Assembly (NCBI GenBank): GCA_963714085.1
Contig: OY970229.1
Coordinates: forward strand, 1,344,001 to 1,408,000
Direction: 5' to 3'
DNA from: an uncultured Candidatus Micrarchaeota archaeon
GTDB lineage: Archaea > Micrarchaeota > Micrarchaeia > Anstonellales > Bilamarchaeaceae
Length of the DNA: 64,000 nucleotides
Shown: piece after piece, positions 42,324-51,445 of the stretch
How the letters are laid out: each line of letters starts with the position of its first letter
Position numbering within the stretch: position 1 is the first letter of the stretch
Translations under genes and position numbers: made by a program
The notes under the pieces: model-generated
Databases searched by the model: none
What the model saw: the letters and a program-made list of their open reading frames with translations, nothing else
What the model was told of the DNA's origin: nothing

Positions 42324-42758
42324 ATGGTGGCAAGAAGGAAAAGCAGGCAGAAATCCGGATACCTGGGCAGGAGGCGTTTCGGCTCCGGGGACGTGAAGAA
42401 CAAGAGGGGCAGCGGCAACAGGGGCGGCAGGGGCAATGCCGGCATGTGCAAGCACAAGTCCACGTGGGCGGTGAAATACTCGCCAGGATACTTCGGCAAG
42501 CTCGGCTTCGTGAACCCCACCAGCAAGACCATCCCGGTGTTCCATCTCTACGACATAAACCAGCGGGCGCTCACGAACAGGCTCCAGAAGAAGGAGGGCA
42601 AGTTCTATTTCGAGTTCGTGGGGAAGATCCTCTCGACCGGAAAGGTGACAGTCCCGCTGCACATAAAGGCGCTCAGCTGGAGCAAGAACGTGGAGGAGAA
42701 GCTCAAGCAGGCCGGCGGCATGATAGAGAAGCTCGGGGCGGCGGCGCAAGGTATATAA
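42324..42758 (+). CDS. rpl15: 50S ribosomal protein L15
   Basis: RGSGNRGGRGNAG, YFGKLGF, EKLKQAGG. Confidence 0.96.
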   Translation: MVARRKSRQKSGYLGRRRFGSGDVKNKRGSGNRGGRGNAGMCKHKSTWAVKYSPGYFGKLGFVNPTSKTIPVFHLYDINQRALTNRLQKKEGKFYFEFVGKILSTGKVTVPLHIKALSWSKNVEEKLKQAGGMIEKLGAAAQGI

Positions 42759-42782
42759 GCATCAGCTTCAAAGAGGGTTCCC

Positions 42783-44189
42783 ATGGGAGTAATGGACATA
42801 CTTCATTCTGCAGCCCAGGTGCTTCCCGAGGTCAAGGCGCCTGACCAGCCTCCGAGCACCAAGGAGCGCATAATGTGGACCGGGACCGCGCTGATCCTGT
42901 TCTTCATCATGTACAACGTCGGATGCTTCGGTGTCGTGCGCAACGGCTCGGCCATCGATTTCCTCCAGACCATCACGGCGGCCAACATCGGGACCCTGCT
43001 CACGGCGGGCATAGGCCCCATAGTGCTCGCGTCCATATTCCTCCAGCTCTTCGTCGGGGCCGGCATCATCAACATGGACCTCAAGAACAAGGACGACAAG
43101 CAGAAGTTCCTCGAGGTGCAGAAGATACTCGCCATACTGCTCGCCTTCGGGGAGGCGGCCATATTCGTGCTGGGCGGGAGGACCACCATCACGCAGGTGG
43201 CAGGGCTCCCGCTGGCGTCCATCCAGCTCCTGGTCATACTCCAGATCGGGATGGGCTCGGTGTTCATACTCTACCTGGACGAGATCGTCACAAAGTACGG
43301 CATAGGCTCGGGCATCAGCCTGTTCATCGCGGCCGGTGTTTCGCTCACCATAATAACGGGCTTCTTCGGCCTCATAGTCGGCACCAACGGGGTGATAAAC
43401 AGCGTGGTCGGAGGCGGCGCCGAGGGGCTCCCCAACGCCCTGATCGCGATGCTGCCCTTCATCTTCACGGTCGTCGTGTTCCTCGCGGTGGTCTTCGCGG
43501 AGAGCATAAAGGTGGAGATCCCGATCGCGTTCGAGCGGGTGCGCGGCATGGTGCCGAAGCTGCCGCTCAAGTACTTCTACGTGTCCAACATCCCGGTGAT
43601 ATTCGCCTCCGCGCTGCTGCTCAACATACAGCTCTTCGCGGGCGCGGCGCTGGTGCACGCCAACCTGCCTTTCATCGGCTTCGTGGACTCCAACAACATG
43701 CTCCGCGACGGGATATTGTATTTCATCACGCCGATATCGCAGGCCGGCGGGACGATAGCCAACTGGAACTTCATAACCAACGGGGTGACCCCGATATACG
43801 GGATACCTGAGTGGGTGCACGCCATAACCTACGCGCTGTTCCTCTCGCTCACCTCCGTGCTGTTCGGCCTGTTCTGGGTCGAGACCGCGAACATGGACGC
43901 CAAATCCGTGGCAGAGCAGCTCTCCTCCTCCGGGCTCCAGATACCCGGATTCAGGCGCGACCCGAGGATGCTGGAGACCATACTGAACAAGCACATACTC
44001 CCGCTCACGGTGCTCGGCTCATTCTCCGTCGGCCTTCTGGCCAGCGTGGCGGACCTCACGGGCGCGCTGGGGACGGGAACTGGGATACTGCTTTCCGTAG
44101 GCATATACTACAGGATGTACGAGCAGCTGGAGCAGATGCGGGCGTTCGAGATGTACCCCGCGATAGGCAAGATGATCGGCACGTCGTGA
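42783..44189 (+). CDS. secY: Protein translocase subunit SecY
   Basis: GIGPIVLAS, GIGSGISLFIAAG, YVSNIPVI, IPGFRRD, GTGILL. Confidence 0.98.
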   Translation: MGVMDILHSAAQVLPEVKAPDQPPSTKERIMWTGTALILFFIMYNVGCFGVVRNGSAIDFLQTITAANIGTLLTAGIGPIVLASIFLQLFVGAGIINMDLKNKDDKQKFLEVQKILAILLAFGEAAIFVLGGRTTITQVAGLPLASIQLLVILQIGMGSVFILYLDEIVTKYGIGSGISLFIAAGVSLTIITGFFGLIVGTNGVINSVVGGGAEGLPNALIAMLPFIFTVVVFLAVVFAESIKVEIPIAFERVRGMVPKLPLKYFYVSNIPVIFASALLLNIQLFAGAALVHANLPFIGFVDSNNMLRDGILYFITPISQAGGTIANWNFITNGVTPIYGIPEWVHAITYALFLSLTSVLFGLFWVETANMDAKSVAEQLSSSGLQIPGFRRDPRMLETILNKHILPLTVLGSFSVGLLASVADLTGALGTGTGILLSVGIYYRMYEQLEQMRAFEMYPAIGKMIGTS

Positions 44190-44193
44190 TGCG

Positions 44194-44724
44194 ATGATAA
44201 TAGCGTTGGGAGTTCCGGGCGCGGGCAAGACCACGGTCCTGAAGGCACTCAAAGGCGGCTACGAGGTCGTGAACTACGGGGACCTCATGCTTGAGATCGA
44301 GAAGAAGGAGTTCGGGGTAAAAGACCGCGACCACATGCGCAAGCTACCGATCGAGAAGCAGAAGAAGGCCCAGCGGCTGGTCGCGGAGGCGCTCGCGAAG
44401 ATGACGGGCAAGGTCATACTCGACACGCACTGCTCCGTGGCAACGCCTTCGGGTTATTACCCCGGGCTCCCGTTCGAGTTCCTCAAGCTCTGGAAGGTCG
44501 ACACCCTGGTCTATGTCACGGCGGACGTGGAGGAGCTCAAATCCAGGCGAGAGAACGACCCCACGAGGAAGCGCGACGTGGACGACATCAGCCTCCACGA
44601 CTCTTTGAACCGCTCCTACCTCGCGGCGTATTCCGCGTTCAGCGGCGCGCCCGCCGTCGTGATCTACAACCACAACGACCGGCTCGAGGAGGCAGTCTCC
44701 AAGTTCCAGGCGCTGCTCAGATGA
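44194..44724 (+). CDS. adkA: Adenylate kinase (archaeal AdkA)
   Basis: GVPGAGKTT, VNYGD, DTH..GYYPGLP. Confidence 0.96.
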   Translation: MIIALGVPGAGKTTVLKALKGGYEVVNYGDLMLEIEKKEFGVKDRDHMRKLPIEKQKKAQRLVAEALAKMTGKVILDTHCSVATPSGYYPGLPFEFLKLWKVDTLVYVTADVEELKSRRENDPTRKRDVDDISLHDSLNRSYLAAYSAFSGAPAVVIYNHNDRLEEAVSKFQALLR

Positions 44725-44727
44725 GCG

Positions 44728-45084
44728 TCATTTCAGCACGGATTTTATCGCCGGAATGAGCTCGGAGTAGAGCCCCGTCTTCTGGATGAATAGCAGCCCT
44801 GGGTAATCCCTGCGGAGCTCCTCGCCGACCACTATCGGGAGGTCGACGGCGCTGAGCACTATCAGCGGTATATTTATCCCCCTCTTCTTGATCTCCTTGA
44901 GCACCGCCCGGCCCGACACCTTGGGCATTATGAGGTCCAGCAGCAGCAGGTCGAACCCGCCGAGCATGTCCACGCCTGCCATCGCGTCCAGCGTGTACTC
45001 GGCCTCGTAGCCCTCCTTCCTCAGGAACATCTTTATGCTCTCGGCGACGTCCGGCTCATCCTCTATTATCAATATCCTTTTCAT
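44728..45084 (-). CDS. Single-domain response regulator (receiver only)
   Basis: ILIIEDE, LLDLIMPKVSG, IVLSA, K. Confidence 0.93.
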   Translation of the reverse strand: MKRILIIEDEPDVAESIKMFLRKEGYEAEYTLDAMAGVDMLGGFDLLLLDLIMPKVSGRAVLKEIKKRGINIPLIVLSAVDLPIVVGEELRRDYPGLLFIQKTGLYSELIPAIKSVLK

Positions 45085-47014
45085 ATTTCACACCTGATTT
45101 CGGAATCACGATCCTGAATGCGCTGCCCCTCCCCTCTTCGGCATGGTACTCTATCCTCCCGCCCATCTTCCTGGCTATCTCGCTGGACAGCGCCAGGCCG
45201 ATGCCGGAGCCGGGCGCGTCCGGGTTCTCCTTGAAGAATTTCCCGAAGACCTTGGCGCGGTTCTCCGGCATGATGCCCACCCCGGTGTCCGAGACCGTTA
45301 TCGCCATGGAGCCGCCCTCCTCGCTCCATTGCACCTTGATCTTCCCCTTCTCGGTGAATTTAACGGCGTTGCTCAGGAAATTGCTCACCACCATCGCGAG
45401 CAGGTGCGGGTCGCAATGCACCGACAGCTTCGGCCCCCCGACCTCCAGCATGAGCCGCTTGGAGCGTATGAGCGGGAGGTACTCCTCTACCACGCCTGCC
45501 ACAAGCTCGCCGAGCACGACCTTCTCCCGGTGCACGGATACCGCTTCCAGGTTGGTCACCTGCATTATCTGCTCTATGGAGCGGCTCAGGCGCTGCGCGT
45601 TCCTCCACATCAGGTCGTAGGACCGGATCGAGTTCACGTCGCTGCCGCGCCCGTCGCGCCGTATCATGTCCAGGTGGAGCAGGATGACGCTGAGCGGGGT
45701 CTTGAGCTCGTGCGTGATGTCCGCGATGAAGCGGTCCCTGGCGCGGGAGAGCGCCTCCACCTTGTCCTTCTCCCGGACCAGCTCCATGTCGCTTACGGTC
45801 TGCTTGGTCACGTCGCGGATGCTCTCTATGACGCCTACCAGCCTGCCCTCGGCGTCGTGTATGGGTTTCGCCGTCACCCACTCGTAACCCGGCTTCCCCC
45901 GGTTGAGATGGGGGACGAAATTCCTCGCGACCAGCATGTCGCCAACCTTTTCAATAGAATCGTAAAGCTTGCTCTCCTCCCAACCTGGGTTGAGGATGAA
46001 TTCGGCTACGACCGCCCTCTTCCGCCCATATAGGTGCTGGCCTAGCAAGCTGCTGCTTTTGCCGAGCATGCGGCCCTCGCTGAGGCCCGTCAGCTCGGCC
46101 ATGGCGTCGTTCCACAGGGTTATCTTCCCGTCCGTATTCAGCGCGAACGTCGGGTCTGGGAGGAATTCGAGGAGCTGGCGAAGGCGGTTCTGGGATTCTA
46201 TGACGCTGTTTTCCATCAGCTTCTTCTCCGTGATGTCCTCGATGAGCGCGAGGTAATCCCTCAGGCTGCCGTCGTCATTGCGTATGGTGGATACGTTCAC
46301 GGAAGCCCAGACCGTGCCGCCGCCCTTCTGGACGTACCTTTTCTCGGTCCTATAAAGATCGATATCCCCCCTGGTCAGGCGTTTTATCTGGATTATGTCC
46401 CTTGCCAGGTCGTCGGGATGGGTTATCATCTTGAAATCCATATCCCTGAGTTCGCTCTCCCGATAGCGGAGTATCCTGCAGGCCGCGGGGTTCACTTTCA
46501 CGAATTTGAAATCCGGGTGGGCAAGAAGCATCCCCACCGGGCTGTGCTCGAAGACTCTTCGGAAACGCGTCTCGCTCTCCCGCAGCTGCCGCTCCGCCTC
46601 CCTCCTTTGTGTCACGTCCTCGCCGCTGCTGAGCGAGTAGACGAACCTGCCCTCCTGCATCACGCTGATGTTGTGCCAGGATATCAGCCGCTCCGTGCCT
46701 TTGCGGGTGAGCACCGGGTTCTCGAAGTGCTCCATTCCGTTCATCTTTCCGGATCTTATCTTCGCGAAGCCGCTGAGCACCTCTTTCCTGGCACGTTTTG
46801 GTACGAATCTCCTGAACCAGTCCTTGCCTACGATCTCGCGCTCTTTATACCCGAGCAATTCGCACCCTTTCCTGTTGATGAGCAGCACTTTCCCGTTCGT
46901 GTCCAGGGCGACCACGATCACGCCGACGAGGTCCAGGTACCTCTTTATCCGGTCCTTCTCATCGATGATGTCCAGCTTCCTGCATTCCGTCGTCTTCTTG
47001 CTGGTAGCCCCCAA
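45056..47014 (-). CDS. Cytoplasmic PAS-domain sensor histidine kinase (3 PAS/PAC)
   Basis: Three PAS units ending EDVT/EDIT/RDVT; H-box THELKTPL; SNAVKFT; DTGVGI; GSGIGL. Confidence 0.95.
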   Translation of the reverse strand: MGATSKKTTECRKLDIIDEKDRIKRYLDLVGVIVVALDTNGKVLLINRKGCELLGYKEREIVGKDWFRRFVPKRARKEVLSGFAKIRSGKMNGMEHFENPVLTRKGTERLISWHNISVMQEGRFVYSLSSGEDVTQRREAERQLRESETRFRRVFEHSPVGMLLAHPDFKFVKVNPAACRILRYRESELRDMDFKMITHPDDLARDIIQIKRLTRGDIDLYRTEKRYVQKGGGTVWASVNVSTIRNDDGSLRDYLALIEDITEKKLMENSVIESQNRLRQLLEFLPDPTFALNTDGKITLWNDAMAELTGLSEGRMLGKSSSLLGQHLYGRKRAVVAEFILNPGWEESKLYDSIEKVGDMLVARNFVPHLNRGKPGYEWVTAKPIHDAEGRLVGVIESIRDVTKQTVSDMELVREKDKVEALSRARDRFIADITHELKTPLSVILLHLDMIRRDGRGSDVNSIRSYDLMWRNAQRLSRSIEQIMQVTNLEAVSVHREKVVLGELVAGVVEEYLPLIRSKRLMLEVGGPKLSVHCDPHLLAMVVSNFLSNAVKFTEKGKIKVQWSEEGGSMAITVSDTGVGIMPENRAKVFGKFFKENPDAPGSGIGLALSSEIARKMGGRIEYHAEEGRGSAFRIVIPKSGVKYEKDIDNRG

Positions 47015-47076
47015 TCAAACACCCTTTTCCCTATCCCTCTGAACCATTTAAATCTCTTCCACTTATTACCTTGTCC

Positions 47077-48354
47077 ATGATCTCCATCCATCTCATACGG
47101 GAGGACCCGGAACTGGTACGGAAAATGCTCAAAGACAGGAACTACCCCCAGGAAGCGCTGACCGTGCTCTCCAACGTGATAGCGCTGGACGCCACCTGGC
47201 GCAGCCGCAAGAAGGAGGAGGAGGACCTGCGCGCCGAGAGGAACAAGCTCAACAACGGGATAATCAACGCGAAGAAGGCCGGAAAGAGCGCGGAATCCGA
47301 GATAAAGCGCTCGGGCGAGATAAGCGGGCGCGTCAAGGAGATAACCGAGGAGACGGCCGTTCTGGAGAAGGAGATAGAGGGCCTCATGCTCACGCTCCCG
47401 AACATCCCGGACAAGTCCGTCCCCGTGGGCCTGAACGAGACGCAGAACCCGGAGGTCAGGAGGCACGGGGAGCCGCAGAAGCGCAGCACCGACGTGATCG
47501 ACCATCACGCCTTCGGCGAGCGGAGCGGGCTCATAGACTTCGAGCGCGGGGTCAAGCTGGCCGGGCACAGGTTCACGGTGCTCAAAGGCCCGGTCGCGCG
47601 GCTCGAGCGCGCCCTCATCAACTTCATGCTCAACGTGCAGACCTCCAGCGGCTACACCGAGTTCGCGCCCCCCTACATGGTGAACACGAAGACGATCACG
47701 AACACGGGCCAGCTCCCGAAGTTCGCGTTCGACCAGTACAAGGTCGAGGGCGAGGACCTCTGGCTGGTCCCCACGGCGGAAGTCCCGCTCACGAACATCT
47801 ACGCCGGCGAGGTCATCGAAGAGGCGAAGCTCCCGATCAAGCTCACAGCGTACACCCCATGCTTCCGCAGGGAGGCGGGCGCATACGGCAAGGACATCCG
47901 CGGGCTCATCCGCCAGCACCAGTTCGACAAGGTGGAGCTGGTGAAGCTCGCGCACCCCGAGCGCTCCTTCGCGGAGCTGGAGTTCATGACCAAGGACGCG
48001 GAGCGCATACTCCAGCTGCTCGGCCTCCCCTACAGGGTCATAGAGCTGTGCACCGGGGACATGGGCTTCTCCAGCGCCAAGACCTACGACATCGAGGTGT
48101 GGCTCCCGAGCCAGGACTGCTACCGCGAGATATCGTCCTGCTCCAACTGCACGGACTTCCAGGCCAGGCGCGCGAACATAAAGTACAGGAGCGCCGACGG
48201 CGGGCTCGAGCTCGTGCACACGCTCAACGGCTCCGGGCTCGCGGTGGGACGCACGCTCGTCGCGATACTCGAGAACTTCCAGGAGGACAAGAGGACCGTG
48301 GTCGTGCCGAAACCGCTGCGCGAGCTCGCTGGCTTCGACACCATAGAGCTCTGA
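47077..48354 (+). CDS. serS: Serine--tRNA ligase (bacterial-type SerRS)
   Basis: LVPTAEVPL, FRREAG, RQHQFDKVE, EISSCSNCTDFQARR, TLNGSGLAVGR. Confidence 0.98.
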   Translation: MISIHLIREDPELVRKMLKDRNYPQEALTVLSNVIALDATWRSRKKEEEDLRAERNKLNNGIINAKKAGKSAESEIKRSGEISGRVKEITEETAVLEKEIEGLMLTLPNIPDKSVPVGLNETQNPEVRRHGEPQKRSTDVIDHHAFGERSGLIDFERGVKLAGHRFTVLKGPVARLERALINFMLNVQTSSGYTEFAPPYMVNTKTITNTGQLPKFAFDQYKVEGEDLWLVPTAEVPLTNIYAGEVIEEAKLPIKLTAYTPCFRREAGAYGKDIRGLIRQHQFDKVELVKLAHPERSFAELEFMTKDAERILQLLGLPYRVIELCTGDMGFSSAKTYDIEVWLPSQDCYREISSCSNCTDFQARRANIKYRSADGGLELVHTLNGSGLAVGRTLVAILENFQEDKRTVVVPKPLRELAGFDTIEL

Positions 48355-48358
48355 TGGC

Positions 48359-49075
48359 ATGCGGCTTCTCAAGCGGCTCCCGGACGGCACAGAATACTTC
48401 TCAGATGAGCGGTTCATCTACGCGAAAAAGGGCCCTGACACCTTCAAGCTCGCCCTGTTCGAGAACGGATTCTACAGGCTGCGGCTCTTCAACGGAATCC
48501 CGATACTTGAGATAGACGGCTTGCGCATGCACCTGGTGAAGGACTTCAAGAGCCCCCTGGATTACTCCAAAGCCGTGGTGCGCAAGCTGGGATTGAAACC
48601 TAAGGAGCGCGTGCTGGACACCTGCATGGGCCTGGGATACACCGCCATCGCCGCGTCGCACGCCGCGGGCAAGGTCGTCACCTGCGAGATCAGCCAGGCG
48701 GTCTTCACGCTGGCGGAATGGAACCCATGGAGCGCGGAGCTCTTCAAAAGCGACAGGATAGAGGCCATGCTCGGCGACATCTCGCAGAGGATAAGGGAGT
48801 TCCCCGCATCATCTTTCGACGTCATCATCCATGACCCGCCCCGCTTCTCGAAGGCAGGGGAGCTCTACTCCCTCGCGTTCTACATGGAGCTGCGGCGCGT
48901 CATGAAGGACAACGGCAGGCTCTTCCACTATGTCGGCTCGGTCGGCAAGGGAAAAGGGAGAAATATCGCGGAAGAGGTCTCCGGGCGCCTGGAGCGGGCC
49001 GGCTTCTCCAGGATCACTTACGACCGGCTGGCACAAGGCGTGTTTGCCCTGGCTTCCGTTTCGCGGCGGAGATGA
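48359..49075 (+). CDS. Predicted archaeal SAM-dependent methyltransferase
   Basis: EIDGLRMH, VLDTCMGLGYTA, IIHDPPRF, GELYS. Confidence 0.9.
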   Translation: MRLLKRLPDGTEYFSDERFIYAKKGPDTFKLALFENGFYRLRLFNGIPILEIDGLRMHLVKDFKSPLDYSKAVVRKLGLKPKERVLDTCMGLGYTAIAASHAAGKVVTCEISQAVFTLAEWNPWSAELFKSDRIEAMLGDISQRIREFPASSFDVIIHDPPRFSKAGELYSLAFYMELRRVMKDNGRLFHYVGSVGKGKGRNIAEEVSGRLERAGFSRITYDRLAQGVFALASVSRRR

Positions 49076-50192
49076 TGCACGCGAGCTCCATGGGCGGGAA
49101 CACTTTCCTGACCGAGCGTTCCAAGTGCAGGAACCCCCTGTAGTTGGCGCGCAATTCCTCGGAATCGGTGACGAATCCGGCAGACTCCATCTTGTCGAGC
49201 CGGTCCTTGAGCGACTCGAATGCCTCGAGGAAGTATATCCGCGAGCTTTTCTTGAACCCCTTGGTCTCCTTTGCGAGCGCGCCTATGTATTTCACCACCA
49301 GCGCATTCGCATCCCTCTGCTCGGGCGTGAGCTTGGCATCGTATCTTGCTTTTTCGTCCTCCCGTATCCCGAAGACGCTCTGGAAAAGCTCTATCTTCTC
49401 TGTAGGCGCGCCGAGTACGTGCAGCACGGACAACGCGTATGTCGGGCTCTCGAACAGGGTGGTGAACCAGTCGCCCGTGACCATCACCCCTTCCTCGGCC
49501 AGGCTGTTGTTGAGGTGTGTGAGGTAATCGGGAAAGGATATGTGATGGAACACGGCGTTGGACAGGATCATGTCGAACATCGAGTCTTTGAGAAGAGGGA
49601 TGTGCCCGCACAGGTCGGAACGCACCAGCGTGTAGCTGTCGCTCTTGGGCGCGAGCTCATGGCGCCTGAGGCGCTTCTGAGCCTTTGCCAGGCGCTGCAT
49701 GGAAGGCTCGATGAGATAGAACGTGCAGCAGGACGCGAGCTTCCGCAGTGCGGGGTCGTCGCTCATCCTGTCCAGCAGCGCGATGATGGTGTCCCCGGTC
49801 CCGGTCCCGACCTCGGCTATCCTGAACGGCCTGTTCTTGCTGAATCTGGCTCCCTGCTCTAGCTTCGCTGACATTATGCTGTCTGCCTCGGCGGCCACCA
49901 TGTCGTCGAGGTCCTGGTTCCCGTGCGGCACTACGGATATGGTCGCGGTCTCAATCGCCCTGTTGGTCTTCCCGCTGCCGCCTTCCCACTCGTCGAAATA
50001 GCTCTTCTTCGACCTGCGTTTTACCGATTTTATGTTATTTTTGCTGATGTCGACGCCCCAGTTGGGCAGGTACTGGCATGCTATGCGGGACAGGCTGCCT
50101 GCATTCAGGCCTAAGTCGGCAGTGATGTCCCTGAGCCATCTGTCCAGCTCTGCGAGCCGTTTCATGCCGCTCCTGAACCCATCCTGCCCCAT
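49014..50192 (-). CDS. Class I SAM-dependent methyltransferase, paralog of 50197..51351
   Basis: IAEVGTGTG, IEPS, FDMILSNAVFHH, GVMVTGDW. Confidence 0.85.
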   Translation of the reverse strand: MGQDGFRSGMKRLAELDRWLRDITADLGLNAGSLSRIACQYLPNWGVDISKNNIKSVKRRSKKSYFDEWEGGSGKTNRAIETATISVVPHGNQDLDDMVAAEADSIMSAKLEQGARFSKNRPFRIAEVGTGTGDTIIALLDRMSDDPALRKLASCCTFYLIEPSMQRLAKAQKRLRRHELAPKSDSYTLVRSDLCGHIPLLKDSMFDMILSNAVFHHISFPDYLTHLNNSLAEEGVMVTGDWFTTLFESPTYALSVLHVLGAPTEKIELFQSVFGIREDEKARYDAKLTPEQRDANALVVKYIGALAKETKGFKKSSRIYFLEAFESLKDRLDKMESAGFVTDSEELRANYRGFLHLERSVRKVFPPMELACIISAAKRKPGQTRLVPAGRK

Positions 50193-50196
50193 AGTA

Positions 50197-51351
50197 TTAC
50201 CTGCTTCTCTCCGCCGGCCTCTTCATGGCGACCATGACCACTGCGAAATCAGAGCCGGGTATGACCTTGCGCGGCAGTTTCTCGAGCTTGGTACCGGGGA
50301 ACGCGGCCCTTATCCTGTCCAGGTCCGTGGTGAAGCCGGCCTCGTCCAGTTTCATTCTCCTCGCCTTGGACGTGTCGTGCGCTTCGAGGAAGTGTATCCT
50401 CATCCTGCTCAGGACACTCGAGCGCCTCACCTTGTCAGCGACCCCCTCCCAGTAATCGAAGTGCTCCTCTATCGCCGCGCATTCATCCGGCCTCAGCTTG
50501 ACATTCCTGTCCGGTGCCATGAGTTCCGGCCCGAAGTGGGAATTCAGCTCATCCAGCTTCCGCTCGTTCGCGCCGATCCTCCTGAGCAGTCGCTTGGTAT
50601 TGTCAGGATGGTGAAATATGGCGGAGTGCCAGTCCCCGATTATCAGCACGCCGTCATCAGCGAGCATCCCGTGGAGCTTGCGCAGGTAGTCGGTCAGGAA
50701 CGACTTGTGGTGGAGATGGGAGAGCGAGACTATGATGTCGAATTTCGCGTTCTGCATTTCGTCGACGAAGCGGGCGTCGTCATTGCAATAGGTGTGGATG
50801 CGCTCTGCGGGCATGCGCAACTTCATACTCTCCTGCGCCACCGCGAGCTTCGGCGAAGCGCAGTCCACCAGGTGGAACTCGGTCCTGTCGAAGAAGCTCT
50901 CGGCTTTATACCTGATCTGGCTGGCTATGGCACAGGAGAGCTTCCCATCCCTTGCAGGAATGTCGCAGACGCTCAGCCTGTCCCGCCGCTCTCCGAGCGC
51001 GATGAGGAACGTTTTGGTCAGGGCCGCCATGAGCCTCGACATCCCCCTTTCGATATCCATCCTCCTTTCAGTCTTGAGGACTATGTCGATGTCAGGATGG
51101 TCCATCTGGTCCTTGACATCCGTGAGGTAAGAACACTCCGAAGCCCTCCACAGCGCTTCCCTGTTCTCCGGAGTGGTCCTGATGTCCCATTTATCGTATG
51201 CCTCTTCCGAGACCCTGAGCAGGCTTCCGGTCCGCACTGGCAGGCCCAATTCATTGCTTATCTTACAGAATGCCCTGTCGAATTCTGTTATCTCGTCGAT
51301 ATCCGATAAGAGTGTCATATGTGTATCACGGTATATGGGTATTGTTCCCAT
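50197..51351 (-). CDS. Class I methyltransferase-like protein with degenerate motif I
   Basis: VCDIPARDG, FDIIVSLSHLHH, GVLIIGDW; colinear with 49014..50192. Confidence 0.8.
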   Translation of the reverse strand: MGTIPIYRDTHMTLLSDIDEITEFDRAFCKISNELGLPVRTGSLLRVSEEAYDKWDIRTTPENREALWRASECSYLTDVKDQMDHPDIDIVLKTERRMDIERGMSRLMAALTKTFLIALGERRDRLSVCDIPARDGKLSCAIASQIRYKAESFFDRTEFHLVDCASPKLAVAQESMKLRMPAERIHTYCNDDARFVDEMQNAKFDIIVSLSHLHHKSFLTDYLRKLHGMLADDGVLIIGDWHSAIFHHPDNTKRLLRRIGANERKLDELNSHFGPELMAPDRNVKLRPDECAAIEEHFDYWEGVADKVRRSSVLSRMRIHFLEAHDTSKARRMKLDEAGFTTDLDRIRAAFPGTKLEKLPRKVIPGSDFAVVMVAMKRPAERSR

Positions 51352-51445
51352 TTATTTATAAAATTAGCCATTCAAACGCCTGATCTGCGATTCTTGAGAA
51401 AACGACGGAAATAGAGGAAAAACAACGAAAAGAGAAAAAAAGAAA

